From Bacteroidota bacterium (GTDB taxonomy: Bacteria > Bacteroidota > Bacteroidia > Chitinophagales > LD1), in assembly GCA_026391075.1 (NCBI GenBank), contig JAPLES010000009.1, positions 32,828-96,827 on the forward strand: a stretch of 64,000 nucleotides of DNA, given 5' to 3'. A program made the translations under genes and the position numbers. The notes below the pieces were generated by a model. The model was not told where the DNA came from and made no database searches. It saw nothing but the letters and a program-made list of their open reading frames with translations. Of the stretch, positions 10,954-20,313 are shown piece by piece (within the stretch, counting starts at the first letter, position 1; every line of letters begins with the position of its first letter).

Positions 10954-12132
10954 ATGATTTTTTCGCCTCTCCTCGGTGTTTCCATTTTCTTTTCTGCGCT
11001 TTACTTACTACTGGTGCTTTACTTTTTTGTGGGATGGGTAAGAAGTCCGAAGTCCGAAGTTCGAAGCCTGCCTGAAGGACAGGCAGGTCCGAAGTCCGAA
11101 GCAGAACAGCCGTTTGTTTCCATCGTTATTCCTACACGTAACGAAAGCGAAAACATTAAAACCTGTTTGGAAAGTATTTTCAAACAAAACTATCCGAAGC
11201 ATTTGTTTGAAGTGGTTTTAGTAGATGATTTTTCTACCGACCCTACTTTGCGTTTTGCCCGCGAAATAAATCAACCGAATTTACTGGTGCTCGACCTCAT
11301 GCAATACATAGGCAACGCAGGTGAATATGTTCCAAACAAGAAAAAAGCAATTGCGCTCGGCATTAAAAATGCAAAGGGCGATTTGATTATTACTACCGAT
11401 GGCGATTGCACGGTTGGAGAAAACTGGTTAAGCACGATGGTGGATTATTTCACCAACAACGATTTCAAATTAGTGACTGCACCTGTAATGATGAAGCCTG
11501 CTTATTTTCCATTGCAGATTTTTCAGCAATTGGATGTAATGAACCTGATGGGAATTACAGGCGCTACTATTCGCTACAACATGCCCACCATGTGCAATGG
11601 AGCAAACCTGATGTATGCGAAACAAACTTTTCATGAAGTGGAAGGTTTCAAAGGCAATCATGATGTGCCAACGGGGGATGATATTTTTTTAATGCAAAAA
11701 GTAAATGAAAAATTTCCGGGCAGTATTGGCTTCGTGAAAAATTTCGATGCCTGTGTTTTTACAAAACCTGAGAAAGGATTGGGAAATTTTATTTCGCAGC
11801 GCATTCGCTGGATTTCAAAATCGGCACGCTACAGTAATTTTAAAATCACAAGCATTCTCTACTTCGCTTACTTTTTCAATCTGCTGATTATTCTCACCGC
11901 ATTGTTTGCCTTGCAAATGGATGAATTCAGTTGGCTGCCCGTTGCAGTTGCAGGGGGAACAAAACTCTTCGCAGATTTTATTTTCAATATTCCCGTTACC
12001 GTTTTCTTTCGCAAATGGTATATGCTTTTACTTTTACCAATCATCGAAATTTTTTACGTTTTATATGTAGTGTTGATTGGTCCGTTGAGTTTGATGGGAA
12101 GATATAGATGGAAGGACAGAAAAATTCGATAA
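10954..12132 (+). CDS. processive family-2 glycosyltransferase (D,D,D,QxxRW type) with N- and C-terminal TM segments
   Basis: VSIVIPTRNE, VDDFSTD, TTDGDC, GDDIF and QRIRW motifs, with C-terminal TM helices. Carries an in-frame repeat module in the linker after TM1. Confidence 0.85.
   Translation: MIFSPLLGVSIFFSALYLLLVLYFFVGWVRSPKSEVRSLPEGQAGPKSEAEQPFVSIVIPTRNESENIKTCLESIFKQNYPKHLFEVVLVDDFSTDPTLRFAREINQPNLLVLDLMQYIGNAGEYVPNKKKAIALGIKNAKGDLIITTDGDCTVGENWLSTMVDYFTNNDFKLVTAPVMMKPAYFPLQIFQQLDVMNLMGITGATIRYNMPTMCNGANLMYAKQTFHEVEGFKGNHDVPTGDDIFLMQKVNEKFPGSIGFVKNFDACVFTKPEKGLGNFISQRIRWISKSARYSNFKITSILYFAYFFNLLIILTALFALQMDEFSWLPVAVAGGTKLFADFIFNIPVTVFFRKWYMLLLLPIIEIFYVLYVVLIGPLSLMGRYRWKDRKIR
11044..11106. 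repeat. 63-nt in-frame module: (AGTCCGA)n - hairpin - (AGTCCGA)n
   Basis: agtccga agtccga agttcga, then the hairpin cctgcctg(11067-74)/caggcagg(11080-87), then ggtccga agtccga agcagaa. Nine 7-nt phases equal 21 codons (SPKSEVRSLPEGQAGPKSEAE). Confidence 0.85.
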
Positions 12133-12137
12133 TGAGT

Positions 12138-12212
12138 AAATTTGGAAATTTGGAAATGGAGGATGTTTATCATTTTCAAATTTCCGAATTCTCGAATTTT
12201 CAAATTCAATAA
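12138..12212. repeat. inverted arms of 8-nt tandem repeats forming a long hairpin between the GT2 gene and the permease gene
   Basis: Left arm aaatttgg aaatttgg aaatgga. Right arm ttttcaaa tttccgaa ttctcgaa ttttcaaa ttcaataa. 12141-12156 pairs with 12173-12188 over 16 positions (14 Watson-Crick plus 2 G-U). Confidence 0.75.
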
Positions 12213-13358
12213 ATGGCAGAATTAAAAAGCATTTCTCTTAACGAAAAAGCATGGCGCAGATTAAAGCGCAACCGAAGTGCTATGGTTGGGCTTGCTATTA
12301 TTGTATTGGCAGTGCTGCTTTCTATTTTTGCTTATGTGGCTGCTCCTGATAATTCTCCATCGGGGAATGAGCAGATTCTGCAACTCGAAACTCACCCACC
12401 AGGCTTTGCCATAAAAATTTTAAAGAAGAAAAGGGAAGGCGCCACTGCATCAGGATTTCTTGACGGCATGTTGAATGGCTTTGTAAAAAACTACGAGCCT
12501 ATTCCGGTTCTCGATTACAAAATTACTGGCGATAGTATTGCTTACACCGAATACAAAGGGAGAGGGTTTAATGCAGAGCCGAATAAAATTTCATTGACGG
12601 ATTTAGCAGGAAGAAATTTGAATTCGATTACTGAAAAGGATTTCGAAAATGAATTCATTGTGCACAAAATATTTTTGCTCGGCACCGATAAATTTGGAAG
12701 AGATATTCTTTCACGTTTGCTGATAGGTGTTCGCGTTTCACTTTCTGTTGGTCTCATTTCTGTTTTCATTTCGCTCATCATAGGCATTGTGTTGGGTGCG
12801 CTAGCAGGTTATTTCAAAGGTTGGATTGATGAAGGAATCATGTGGGTTATAAATGTTTTCTGGAGCATTCCCACGCTGCTTTTAGCTATGGGATTATACA
12901 TCAGCGCGGGAAGTTTGATTGAAAATAAACTGGTGATGATTTTTATTGCAGTGGGTTTAACCATGTGGGTAGAAACAGCACGTATAGTACGCGGACAATT
13001 TCTTTCTATTCGCGAAATGGATTTTGTGAGTGCTGCAAGAAGTTTGGGCTTTGGCGATGCGCGCATTATTTTCAAACACATCCTTCCTAATATCATGGGA
13101 CCTATTATAGTGGTGGCTTGCTCAAATTTTGCGAGTGCCATTCTGGTTGAAAGCGGACTCAGTTATATTGGGCTCGGCATTCAACCGCCCGCGCCAAGTT
13201 GGGGTAGCATGTTGAATGAATACAAAGATTTCATTGATACCAACAAAGCGTATCTCGCTTTATTTCCGGGCTTAGCAATTATGCTGCTCGTGCTTGCTTT
13301 TAATTTAGTTGGTAATGGTTTGCGTGATGCGCTTGATGTGAAAGGACAACTCGATTAA
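12213..13358 (+). CDS. ABC transporter permease, peptide/nickel (DppC/OppC-like) family
   Basis: 381 aa. N-terminal TM, a long periplasmic insert, then the typical permease core (GTDKFGRDILSRLL, EAA-like region SAARSLGFGDARIIFKHILPN). Confidence 0.8.
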   Translation: MAELKSISLNEKAWRRLKRNRSAMVGLAIIVLAVLLSIFAYVAAPDNSPSGNEQILQLETHPPGFAIKILKKKREGATASGFLDGMLNGFVKNYEPIPVLDYKITGDSIAYTEYKGRGFNAEPNKISLTDLAGRNLNSITEKDFENEFIVHKIFLLGTDKFGRDILSRLLIGVRVSLSVGLISVFISLIIGIVLGALAGYFKGWIDEGIMWVINVFWSIPTLLLAMGLYISAGSLIENKLVMIFIAVGLTMWVETARIVRGQFLSIREMDFVSAARSLGFGDARIIFKHILPNIMGPIIVVACSNFASAILVESGLSYIGLGIQPPAPSWGSMLNEYKDFIDTNKAYLALFPGLAIMLLVLAFNLVGNGLRDALDVKGQLD

Positions 13359-13360
13359 TC

Positions 13361-14452
13361 TTATTCTTCCATCACACTCACCTGATGCCGTATGCTTTCG
13401 TTGTGTACCTGCTGAAATAGTTTCAGAATAAACTCTTCGGTCAGTCCGCCTGTTTTTCCCTTTTCAAGGGCGCGTTTTACAATTTGCGCCCAGCGGTCAC
13501 TCTGGTGAATAGCGAGTTGATTTTCCTTTTTCAATGCTCCGATGTCTTCTGAAATTCCCATTCGCTCTGCCAGCAACTCAATAATGTAATCATCAATTCT
13601 GTCAATGCGCGCGCGCATATCGTGCAACGAATGCAAACCATCTTCGGAAACTTTGGGCTGACGAACAATAAGAGAATTTAAAATTTCACCGAGCCTTTCC
13701 GGAGTTACTTGTTGCTTGGCATCGCTCCAAGCCTTGTCAGGATTGATGTGCGACTCAATCATCAGTCCTTCAAAGCCCATGTCCATTCCCTGTTGCGAAA
13801 GCATATAAATCAAATCGCGCGTGCCTGCCATGTGGCTCGGGTCAACAATAATGGGGATTTCAGGATAGCGCCTGCGCAACTCAATCGGAATTTCCCACAT
13901 AGGCGGATTGCGGTAAATAGTTTTTTCGTAGCTCGAAAAGCCGCGGTGAATCACTCCAATTTTTTTTATTCCGCTTTGATAAAAACGCTCCACCGCACCA
14001 ATCCATAATTCCAAATCGGGATTAATTGGATTTTTTATCAGCACCGGAATATCAACTCCTTTTAAACTGTCAGCAATTTCCTGAATAGCAAAAGGAGATA
14101 CTGTTGTGCGCGCGCCAATCCACAACACATCAATATCATTTTTCAAAGCAGCTTCAACATGTTCTGGATTTGCAACTTCTACACACACGGGCAACCCAAA
14201 AGCGCGCCCCGCATTCTTTACCCACGGCAGACCAATTTCGCCAACACCTTCAAAACTGTTTGGTCGGGTGCGCGGTTTCCAGATTCCTGCGCGTATCATA
14301 TGCACTTTGCCATTGGCGTGTTGCACAATTTCCTTCACTGTGTTCATCACCTGCTCTTCGCCCTCTGCACTGCAAGGACCTGAGATAACAAACGGATGCG
14401 CATTTGTCTTGCTCCAATTTTTGAGAGGAGTTATTTCAAATTCATTTGCCAC
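13361..14452 (-). CDS. bifunctional 3-deoxy-7-phosphoheptulonate (DAHP) synthase / chorismate mutase
   Basis: Class I-beta DAHPS motifs (GPCSAE, RAGIWKPRTRP, KNP, DPSH) plus a C-terminal chorismate mutase helix region (RIDRIDDYIIELLAERMGIS). GTG start. Confidence 0.88.
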   Translation of the reverse strand: MANEFEITPLKNWSKTNAHPFVISGPCSAEGEEQVMNTVKEIVQHANGKVHMIRAGIWKPRTRPNSFEGVGEIGLPWVKNAGRAFGLPVCVEVANPEHVEAALKNDIDVLWIGARTTVSPFAIQEIADSLKGVDIPVLIKNPINPDLELWIGAVERFYQSGIKKIGVIHRGFSSYEKTIYRNPPMWEIPIELRRRYPEIPIIVDPSHMAGTRDLIYMLSQQGMDMGFEGLMIESHINPDKAWSDAKQQVTPERLGEILNSLIVRQPKVSEDGLHSLHDMRARIDRIDDYIIELLAERMGISEDIGALKKENQLAIHQSDRWAQIVKRALEKGKTGGLTEEFILKLFQQVHNESIRHQVSVMEE

Positions 14453-14459
14453 AGTAACG

Positions 14460-14487
14460 ATTGAAGATTTAATATTGAAGATTGAAA
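14460..14487. repeat. heptamer tandem repeat (attgaag atttaat attgaag attgaaa) in the divergent intergenic region
   Basis: Read directly. Same alternating ATTGAAN/ATTTAAN pattern as 22965..22999. Confidence 0.75.
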
Positions 14488-15714
14488 AATAAATACCGTA
14501 GAGTGAACAAAATTCTTTCGTTAGTTTTTACAATGACAATATTACATCAAACAATTTTGTCACAAACAAATTTTCGGATTTCTTCTTTTCAACCCACGCC
14601 CACCGATTTCAAATATCTTCTGCTCACCAATAAGGAAATTATAGGCAACGACACCATCAACGAAAAAATTGTTGACCTGGTTGAACCCATGTTGCTAGAT
14701 TCTGTTCTACTACGGAAGAAACAACATCATCGTCTTTTTTTAGTGGGCTGGTTGATTCACGCTTTTGGAGGGTACAATTGGCGCGCAGTTGATATGCATA
14801 AACAAAAGTTTGTGGGTACGGTAATAAACGAGGGGCGAAGCGGGGCGGCAGAATACACGGAGTATGACATTAAGTATCATCTCAATTTTCATTTGCAAAA
14901 ATATTTGTTTAAAGATTTTGCTGCTTACGATTTGGAGCGCAAATATCACCGGCAGGATATTCGCCCTTCGCATCATACCAATTACAAAGTGCCCCCTTTT
15001 ATACGCGACACAAATAATATTGACGGCAGTCAATATGAACTTGGTTGTGAACTAACTCCTCCACTTCCCTTTATTCCGCAACTCAATTATTTATTTTTTC
15101 CAACTCTGCCGGGTAGTGGCAGTTGCAAAGAGCATCCGAATTTCGAATGCAAAAATCCTTCGATGGGATTTTACGGAAGCTATTGTTTGGATTGTAATCA
15201 CAACTGTCATCCCGAATTGCATCCATATGAATGGACATGGTGGTTGAATTTGCAGAATGAAAATTCAACGGATAAAACTTGGTTGATTGGTTTGTTTCAC
15301 GAGGGCAGTAATCGCTTTCCTAAATGGAGTAAAAACCCAATGACCGGTGAAATAAAAATTCCGTTTGCTTTTGATAAGACCGAAAATGCAAATCCTGCGC
15401 TGGTGATAAAAGTTGAACACTTAGTGTTTAATAAATTTGAAAATGCGGAATTGAAAAAGTTTGAATTACCCGAGAAAAATTTTGGCACGAAGGAAAATTA
15501 TGCGGCTTTCACTTTTCAAATGGATGACAGAACTATGATTGAAGGCGGTTTACAGTTTAACCAAATTTTAAAAACCGATGCATTAAAATATTGGTTCACC
15601 GATTTGAATTACGATAAGCAACTGCATGTGTTGAGCGGCTATTTGCATTACGCGGTTTCGGTGCAGGATTTATACACCACAAAAATTACTTTTAGTTCTG
15701 CTTATGAAAACTAA
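14482..15714 (+). CDS. hypothetical Cys/His-rich protein, overlapping the downstream GMC oxidoreductase gene
   Basis: 410-aa ORF (TTG at 14482; first ATG at 14533). Contains CKEHPNFECKNPSMGFYGSYCLDCNHNCHPELHPYEW. Its last 11 nt overlap the next gene. No family recognised. Confidence 0.5.
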   Translation: MKNKYRRVNKILSLVFTMTILHQTILSQTNFRISSFQPTPTDFKYLLLTNKEIIGNDTINEKIVDLVEPMLLDSVLLRKKQHHRLFLVGWLIHAFGGYNWRAVDMHKQKFVGTVINEGRSGAAEYTEYDIKYHLNFHLQKYLFKDFAAYDLERKYHRQDIRPSHHTNYKVPPFIRDTNNIDGSQYELGCELTPPLPFIPQLNYLFFPTLPGSGSCKEHPNFECKNPSMGFYGSYCLDCNHNCHPELHPYEWTWWLNLQNENSTDKTWLIGLFHEGSNRFPKWSKNPMTGEIKIPFAFDKTENANPALVIKVEHLVFNKFENAELKKFELPEKNFGTKENYAAFTFQMDDRTMIEGGLQFNQILKTDALKYWFTDLNYDKQLHVLSGYLHYAVSVQDLYTTKITFSSAYEN

Positions 15715-17323
15715 CAACGAAGAAAAATTTGATTACATCGTCATCGGCTCCGGCTTTGGCGGAAGCGTAAGCGCTATGCGCTTGGCAGAAAAAGGATATT
15801 CAATAGCGGTACTTGAAAAAGGCAAACGATGGAAGTTGGATGATTTTCCAAAAAGCGATTGGAACCTTCCAAAATATTTATGGGTGCCATTTTTAAAATG
15901 GTTCGGCATACAAAAACTTACTTTTTTTAAAGAAGTGTTTGTCATAAGTGGCGTTGGCGTTGGTGGTGGTTCGCTGGTGTATGCCAATACACATATGAAA
16001 CCGAAAGAAAATTTTTACACCAACCAAATTTGGAGCGATATAAAAGATTGGAAAACTGTACTGGCTCCATATTTCGAGCGCGCGCATTTTATGCTTGGCT
16101 CCGAAAAATATAAGAAGGATAATGCCGAAGATTTAATTTTAAAAGAAGTAGCCGAAGATATGGGCTACGGAAATTCTTTTACGAGCGTTGATGGTGTGGG
16201 TGTTTATTTGGGGGATACAGAAAAAGAAGTGGACCCGTATTTTAAAGGGCTTGGTCCATTGCGAAAAGGCTGCACGGAATGTGCTGCTTGCATGGTTGGT
16301 TGCAGACATGGAGCAAAAAACACTCTCGACAAAAACTATTTATGGTTTGCCGAAAATATGTTCAACGCAAAAGTGAAGGCCGAAACACTGGTTACAAAAA
16401 TTGAACATATCGACAATGAATATTTAATTCACACCGAAAGTTCCACTTCATTTTTTTCGAAGAACAAAAAAATATTTCGTTCAAAAGGATTGGTAGTAGC
16501 CGGAGGTGTTTTAGGCACCATGGATTTATTACTGAAACAAAAACACTTGCATAAAACACTTCCGAATCTCTCTGATAAATTGGGAGACAACATTCTCACC
16601 AATTCTGAAATGTTGAGCGGTGTTGGTGGTGCTGACAGAAAATTAAATAACGGTCTTGCCATCTCCAGAATTTTTTCACCCGATGAAAACACCAATATTG
16701 AAGTTTGCAAATTTCCCAACGGCAGCGGCTCCATGATGCACTTAGCCACACTGGCGGTGGGTGATGGAACACCTGCTGTGCGCACAGCAAAATTGATGGG
16801 ACAAATGCTGATGAAACCAATTTCGTTTCTCAAATTATTTTTCACAATTGCTCCGGCAGAGAAAGGAATTATTTTCTTGATTATGCAAACGCTCGAAAAT
16901 TCGATGCAAATAAAATTGAAGCGAGGAATTTTTGGAAGCGGCATAAGCATGATTAATGAAAGTAAACAACCGGTACCTACTTTTATTCCAGTAGGGCAAG
17001 ATGCACTGTTGCGTTACGCAAAAAAGGTAAATGGCATTCCAATGAATGCGCTTACTGAAGTTACATTTGGTCTGGCATCAACCGCGCATATTCTTGGCGG
17101 TTGCCCAATGGGAAAAACAAAAAATGAAGGAGTAGTGGATGAATTTTTCCGTGTGCACGGTTATCCGAACATGCTGATTCTCGATGGTTCAATTATGCCA
17201 TGCAACCTTGGTGTGAATCCTTCGCTTACGATTACTGCGTTGAGTGAATATGCGATGGATAATGTACCGGCAAAGAAAGGGTCAACTGTTGTATCGCTCA
17301 ACAAACAGTTAGAGGCAATTTAG
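15704..17323 (+). CDS. GMC-family FAD-dependent oxidoreductase (cholesterol-oxidase-like)
   Basis: N-terminal DYIVIGSGFGGSVSAMRLAEKGYSIAVLEKG dinucleotide fold and a C-terminal GMC region (HILGGCPMG ... DGSIMPCNLGVNPSLTI). Confidence 0.88.
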   Translation: MKTNNEEKFDYIVIGSGFGGSVSAMRLAEKGYSIAVLEKGKRWKLDDFPKSDWNLPKYLWVPFLKWFGIQKLTFFKEVFVISGVGVGGGSLVYANTHMKPKENFYTNQIWSDIKDWKTVLAPYFERAHFMLGSEKYKKDNAEDLILKEVAEDMGYGNSFTSVDGVGVYLGDTEKEVDPYFKGLGPLRKGCTECAACMVGCRHGAKNTLDKNYLWFAENMFNAKVKAETLVTKIEHIDNEYLIHTESSTSFFSKNKKIFRSKGLVVAGGVLGTMDLLLKQKHLHKTLPNLSDKLGDNILTNSEMLSGVGGADRKLNNGLAISRIFSPDENTNIEVCKFPNGSGSMMHLATLAVGDGTPAVRTAKLMGQMLMKPISFLKLFFTIAPAEKGIIFLIMQTLENSMQIKLKRGIFGSGISMINESKQPVPTFIPVGQDALLRYAKKVNGIPMNALTEVTFGLASTAHILGGCPMGKTKNEGVVDEFFRVHGYPNMLILDGSIMPCNLGVNPSLTITALSEYAMDNVPAKKGSTVVSLNKQLEAI

Positions 17324-17342
17324 TTTCTCAAAAAAACAACTC

Positions 17343-18569
17343 ATGAAAAAAGCTTGCCTCTTCTTTTTTCTTACCACACTTTTTTCATTGACAAATGCGC
17401 AGAATGATAATAAAATTGTAATAGGCACAATTGATTCTGTCTATTCAAAAATATTAAACGAGCAGCGCAAAGTTTGGGTGCACGTGCCAAATCAAGAGAC
17501 AACTAACTTATTTGCGAAGCAACAATACCCCGTAATTTATCTTTTAGATGGCGATGCACATTTTAGTTCGGTAGTAGGTTTAATTGAACAGCTGAGTGGC
17601 AATAGTATTTGTCCTGAAATGATTGTTGTGGGCATTCCAAACACGGACAGAAATAGAGATTTAACGCCTACACCCAACACGCCCGGCTCACCAAGTTATG
17701 ATAGTATTAGAGATAAAACTTCAGGGGGTGGTGAAGCCTTTTCATCTTTTTTGGAAAAGGAACTAATACCACACATCGACTCTCTTTATCCAACAGCGCC
17801 TTATCGTTTGCTCATAGGGCATTCGCATGGTGCTTTAACGGCAATAAGTATTTTAACCCACCATACACATTTATTTAATTCCTACTTAGCCATTGACCCT
17901 AGTCTGTGGTGGGACAATAAAAAGCTGTTGAAGCAAACCGAAACTGCGTTAGGCACCAAGAATTTTTCAGGAACTTCTTTGTATCTCGCCATTGCGAATA
18001 CCTTGCCGCAAGGCATGGATACAATTCAAATGAAAAACGATACCACAGGTACTACTTTGCATCAACGTTGCATTTTTGAATTGCGCAACGCGTTGAACAA
18101 AAACAAAAAATCGGGTTTGACTTTTGAGACAAAATATTATCCGGATGATAACCACGGTTCAGTTCCGCTCATTGCTACCTATGATGCCTTGCGGTTTCTG
18201 TTCAAATTTTATTCACTCAAATTAACCGATAGGGATGGCGAAAGTATTAATGAGGAAGTAATTTCAAAAATGGAATCTCACTATGAGAAGGTATCTAAAC
18301 TTATGGGTTATAAAGTATGCGTTCCTGAAAGCACCATAAATAATTTAGGCTACCAAAGTTTGGGAAATAATCATTTAGATGCAGCAGAAATGTTGTTCAA
18401 AATGAATACCGTTAATTATCCGGAGAGTTTTAATGTGTTCGATTCACTTGGCGATTTGTATGTGGCTAAAGGCGATAAAGTAAATGCTGTTATCAATTAC
18501 AAAAAGGCATTAGCAATAAATAAGTTTCCCGAAACAAAACAGAAATTGGAAAAGCTTTTGGAGAATTGA
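17343..18569 (+). CDS. secreted alpha/beta-hydrolase (esterase family) with C-terminal TPR region
   Basis: Signal peptide, GHSHGA nucleophile elbow, and a C-terminal TPR-like GDLYVAKGDKVNAVINYKKALAIN. Confidence 0.7.
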   Translation: MKKACLFFFLTTLFSLTNAQNDNKIVIGTIDSVYSKILNEQRKVWVHVPNQETTNLFAKQQYPVIYLLDGDAHFSSVVGLIEQLSGNSICPEMIVVGIPNTDRNRDLTPTPNTPGSPSYDSIRDKTSGGGEAFSSFLEKELIPHIDSLYPTAPYRLLIGHSHGALTAISILTHHTHLFNSYLAIDPSLWWDNKKLLKQTETALGTKNFSGTSLYLAIANTLPQGMDTIQMKNDTTGTTLHQRCIFELRNALNKNKKSGLTFETKYYPDDNHGSVPLIATYDALRFLFKFYSLKLTDRDGESINEEVISKMESHYEKVSKLMGYKVCVPESTINNLGYQSLGNNHLDAAEMLFKMNTVNYPESFNVFDSLGDLYVAKGDKVNAVINYKKALAINKFPETKQKLEKLLEN

Positions 18570-18631
18570 AAAGAAATTTTTGGTGGATGAATTATTTCAC
18601 GCGCCACTTCTATATAAAGTCGCAATGTGTT

Positions 18632-20248
18632 TTACACCGGTAACAATACCTTAAAGTTGGCACCCTTACCCTCTTCGCTTTCCACCGAAATACTTCCACC
18701 TTGCCTTTCCAGAATTTTTTTACAGATGGATAAACCCAAACCTGTTCCCGAAAATTCTGTTTTGGTATGAAGGCGATGAAAGGGTTCAAAAATTCGCTGC
18801 TGATGTTCGCGCCTAATTCCTATTCCGTTATCGGCTATAATAATTTCGTAAGCATGTGCATGCACAAGAGCAGAAACGGTAACTACCGGTTGTTCAAGCC
18901 GATTGTATTTAACGCCATTCAAAATCAAATTTTGCAGCACTAGCATAATTAAATTTCTATCGGTATTAATTTGGGGTAAAGAATTAGGGCAAACAATTTT
19001 TGCATTTTTCTCTTGTATAGGAATTTCAAGATTCTTCAAAACGTCTGCTAGCACTTGATTCAAATCAACTAGTTCACCTTTTATCTGGGTGCGGGTAATG
19101 CGCGAATAGGAAAGTAAATCGCGTAATAACTGTTGTAAATTCGAAGCTCCTTTATTGGCATACTCAATATATTCATCGGCTTGTGCATCTAGTTTTCCTT
19201 CGTAACGTTTTTTAAGCAACTGCATATAATTCGAAATCATGCGCAGCGGCTCTTGCATATCGTGTGATGAAACAAAGGCAAAAGTTTCCAGGTCGGCATT
19301 GCTGCGCTCTAACTCCTTCGTTCGTTCTTCTAACTGAAGTTGAATAGCCTTGCTTCTTCTTATATCGCGCGATTGACTAAGCACCGTACTCTTTATACCA
19401 TCAGTTTCTTCCAGTGCAATAAAAATTGTTTCTACCCAAACAGAACTTCCATTTTTGTGTTGCAACCGATATTGACTTGGATGTTGAATGGAAGGATGGT
19501 TGGGTTCACTTAAATTAAGCGAGCGAATTATTTCTCTATCATCCGGATGAATAATTTCGTACGGCTTTCTACCGACCAATTCTGCCGGATCATAACCCAG
19601 CAATCGTTTGATAGATGGGCTAATAAATTCTAAGGAACCATCGGCATTATGAATGCAAATAAGGTCGAAAGAGTTTTCGGCAAGCAAGCGGTACATTTTT
19701 TCACTAATCGATAATTTTTCTTCAATAGAAAACCGAAAGTGAATCAGCACGGCTTGTGCAAAAGATGCCACAATGTAAGTGGCATAAAAATCGAAAGATG
19801 AAGCCGTGTTTTTTTCAGCAACAATGATGACTAGCAATAGTAACACATTCATTACAGCGGTATGAATTAACCAGTTTCGCTTATCGCGAAAAAACCAACC
19901 CGAGATAGTGTAGGCAACAATAAACTGATAGGCGTATTGAATATGAAACGAAGTGCCGTAGAGCAAAAAAATATTGACCATGTTCATGGTATACATAAAT
20001 ACGTAAGCGCATTTCTGATATCGAATTTGAATGGGTTTATAAAATAGTAAACCCAAAAGTATGAGGGTAGCTACGGCCGCATCAATTCCGTTCAGCCATT
20101 CATGTCTCAGTGGTCCTTTAACCGGAAGATTATCGCCAAAGATGGTGAAGGCGGTAAATCCTACGGCCAAAAAAAAGAACAGCAATTGCGCAGTGCGCAA
20201 TTCATGATCAATAAGTTTTGATAAGGAAAGGTTAAGGCGTTTTAGCAT
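18632..20248 (-). CDS. membrane-bound PAS sensor histidine kinase (no adjacent response regulator)
   Basis: About 6 N-terminal TM helices, a PAS segment, H-box FAFVSSHDMQEPLR, and HATPase N/G boxes (DNGIGI, GTGLGLSICKKI). Confidence 0.9.
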   Translation of the reverse strand: MLKRLNLSLSKLIDHELRTAQLLFFFLAVGFTAFTIFGDNLPVKGPLRHEWLNGIDAAVATLILLGLLFYKPIQIRYQKCAYVFMYTMNMVNIFLLYGTSFHIQYAYQFIVAYTISGWFFRDKRNWLIHTAVMNVLLLLVIIVAEKNTASSFDFYATYIVASFAQAVLIHFRFSIEEKLSISEKMYRLLAENSFDLICIHNADGSLEFISPSIKRLLGYDPAELVGRKPYEIIHPDDREIIRSLNLSEPNHPSIQHPSQYRLQHKNGSSVWVETIFIALEETDGIKSTVLSQSRDIRRSKAIQLQLEERTKELERSNADLETFAFVSSHDMQEPLRMISNYMQLLKKRYEGKLDAQADEYIEYANKGASNLQQLLRDLLSYSRITRTQIKGELVDLNQVLADVLKNLEIPIQEKNAKIVCPNSLPQINTDRNLIMLVLQNLILNGVKYNRLEQPVVTVSALVHAHAYEIIIADNGIGIRREHQQRIFEPFHRLHTKTEFSGTGLGLSICKKILERQGGSISVESEEGKGANFKVLLPV

Positions 20249-20313
20249 TTGATTAAAACGAATCTAATCATTTGTATGAACGCTGAAAAAGGGAGGTTGT
20301 TACAAAACCTGCT

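Noticed and set aside
16429-16950. Long antisense ORFs inside well-supported genes. Examples: 16429..16950 (-), 4364..4906 (-), 20662..21057 (+), 23041..23427 (+), 45270..45656 (-), 46382..46756 (-), 36268..36618 (-)
   Set aside because: Each lies wholly within a longer ORF with clear family motifs on the other strand. They have no recognisable motifs of their own.
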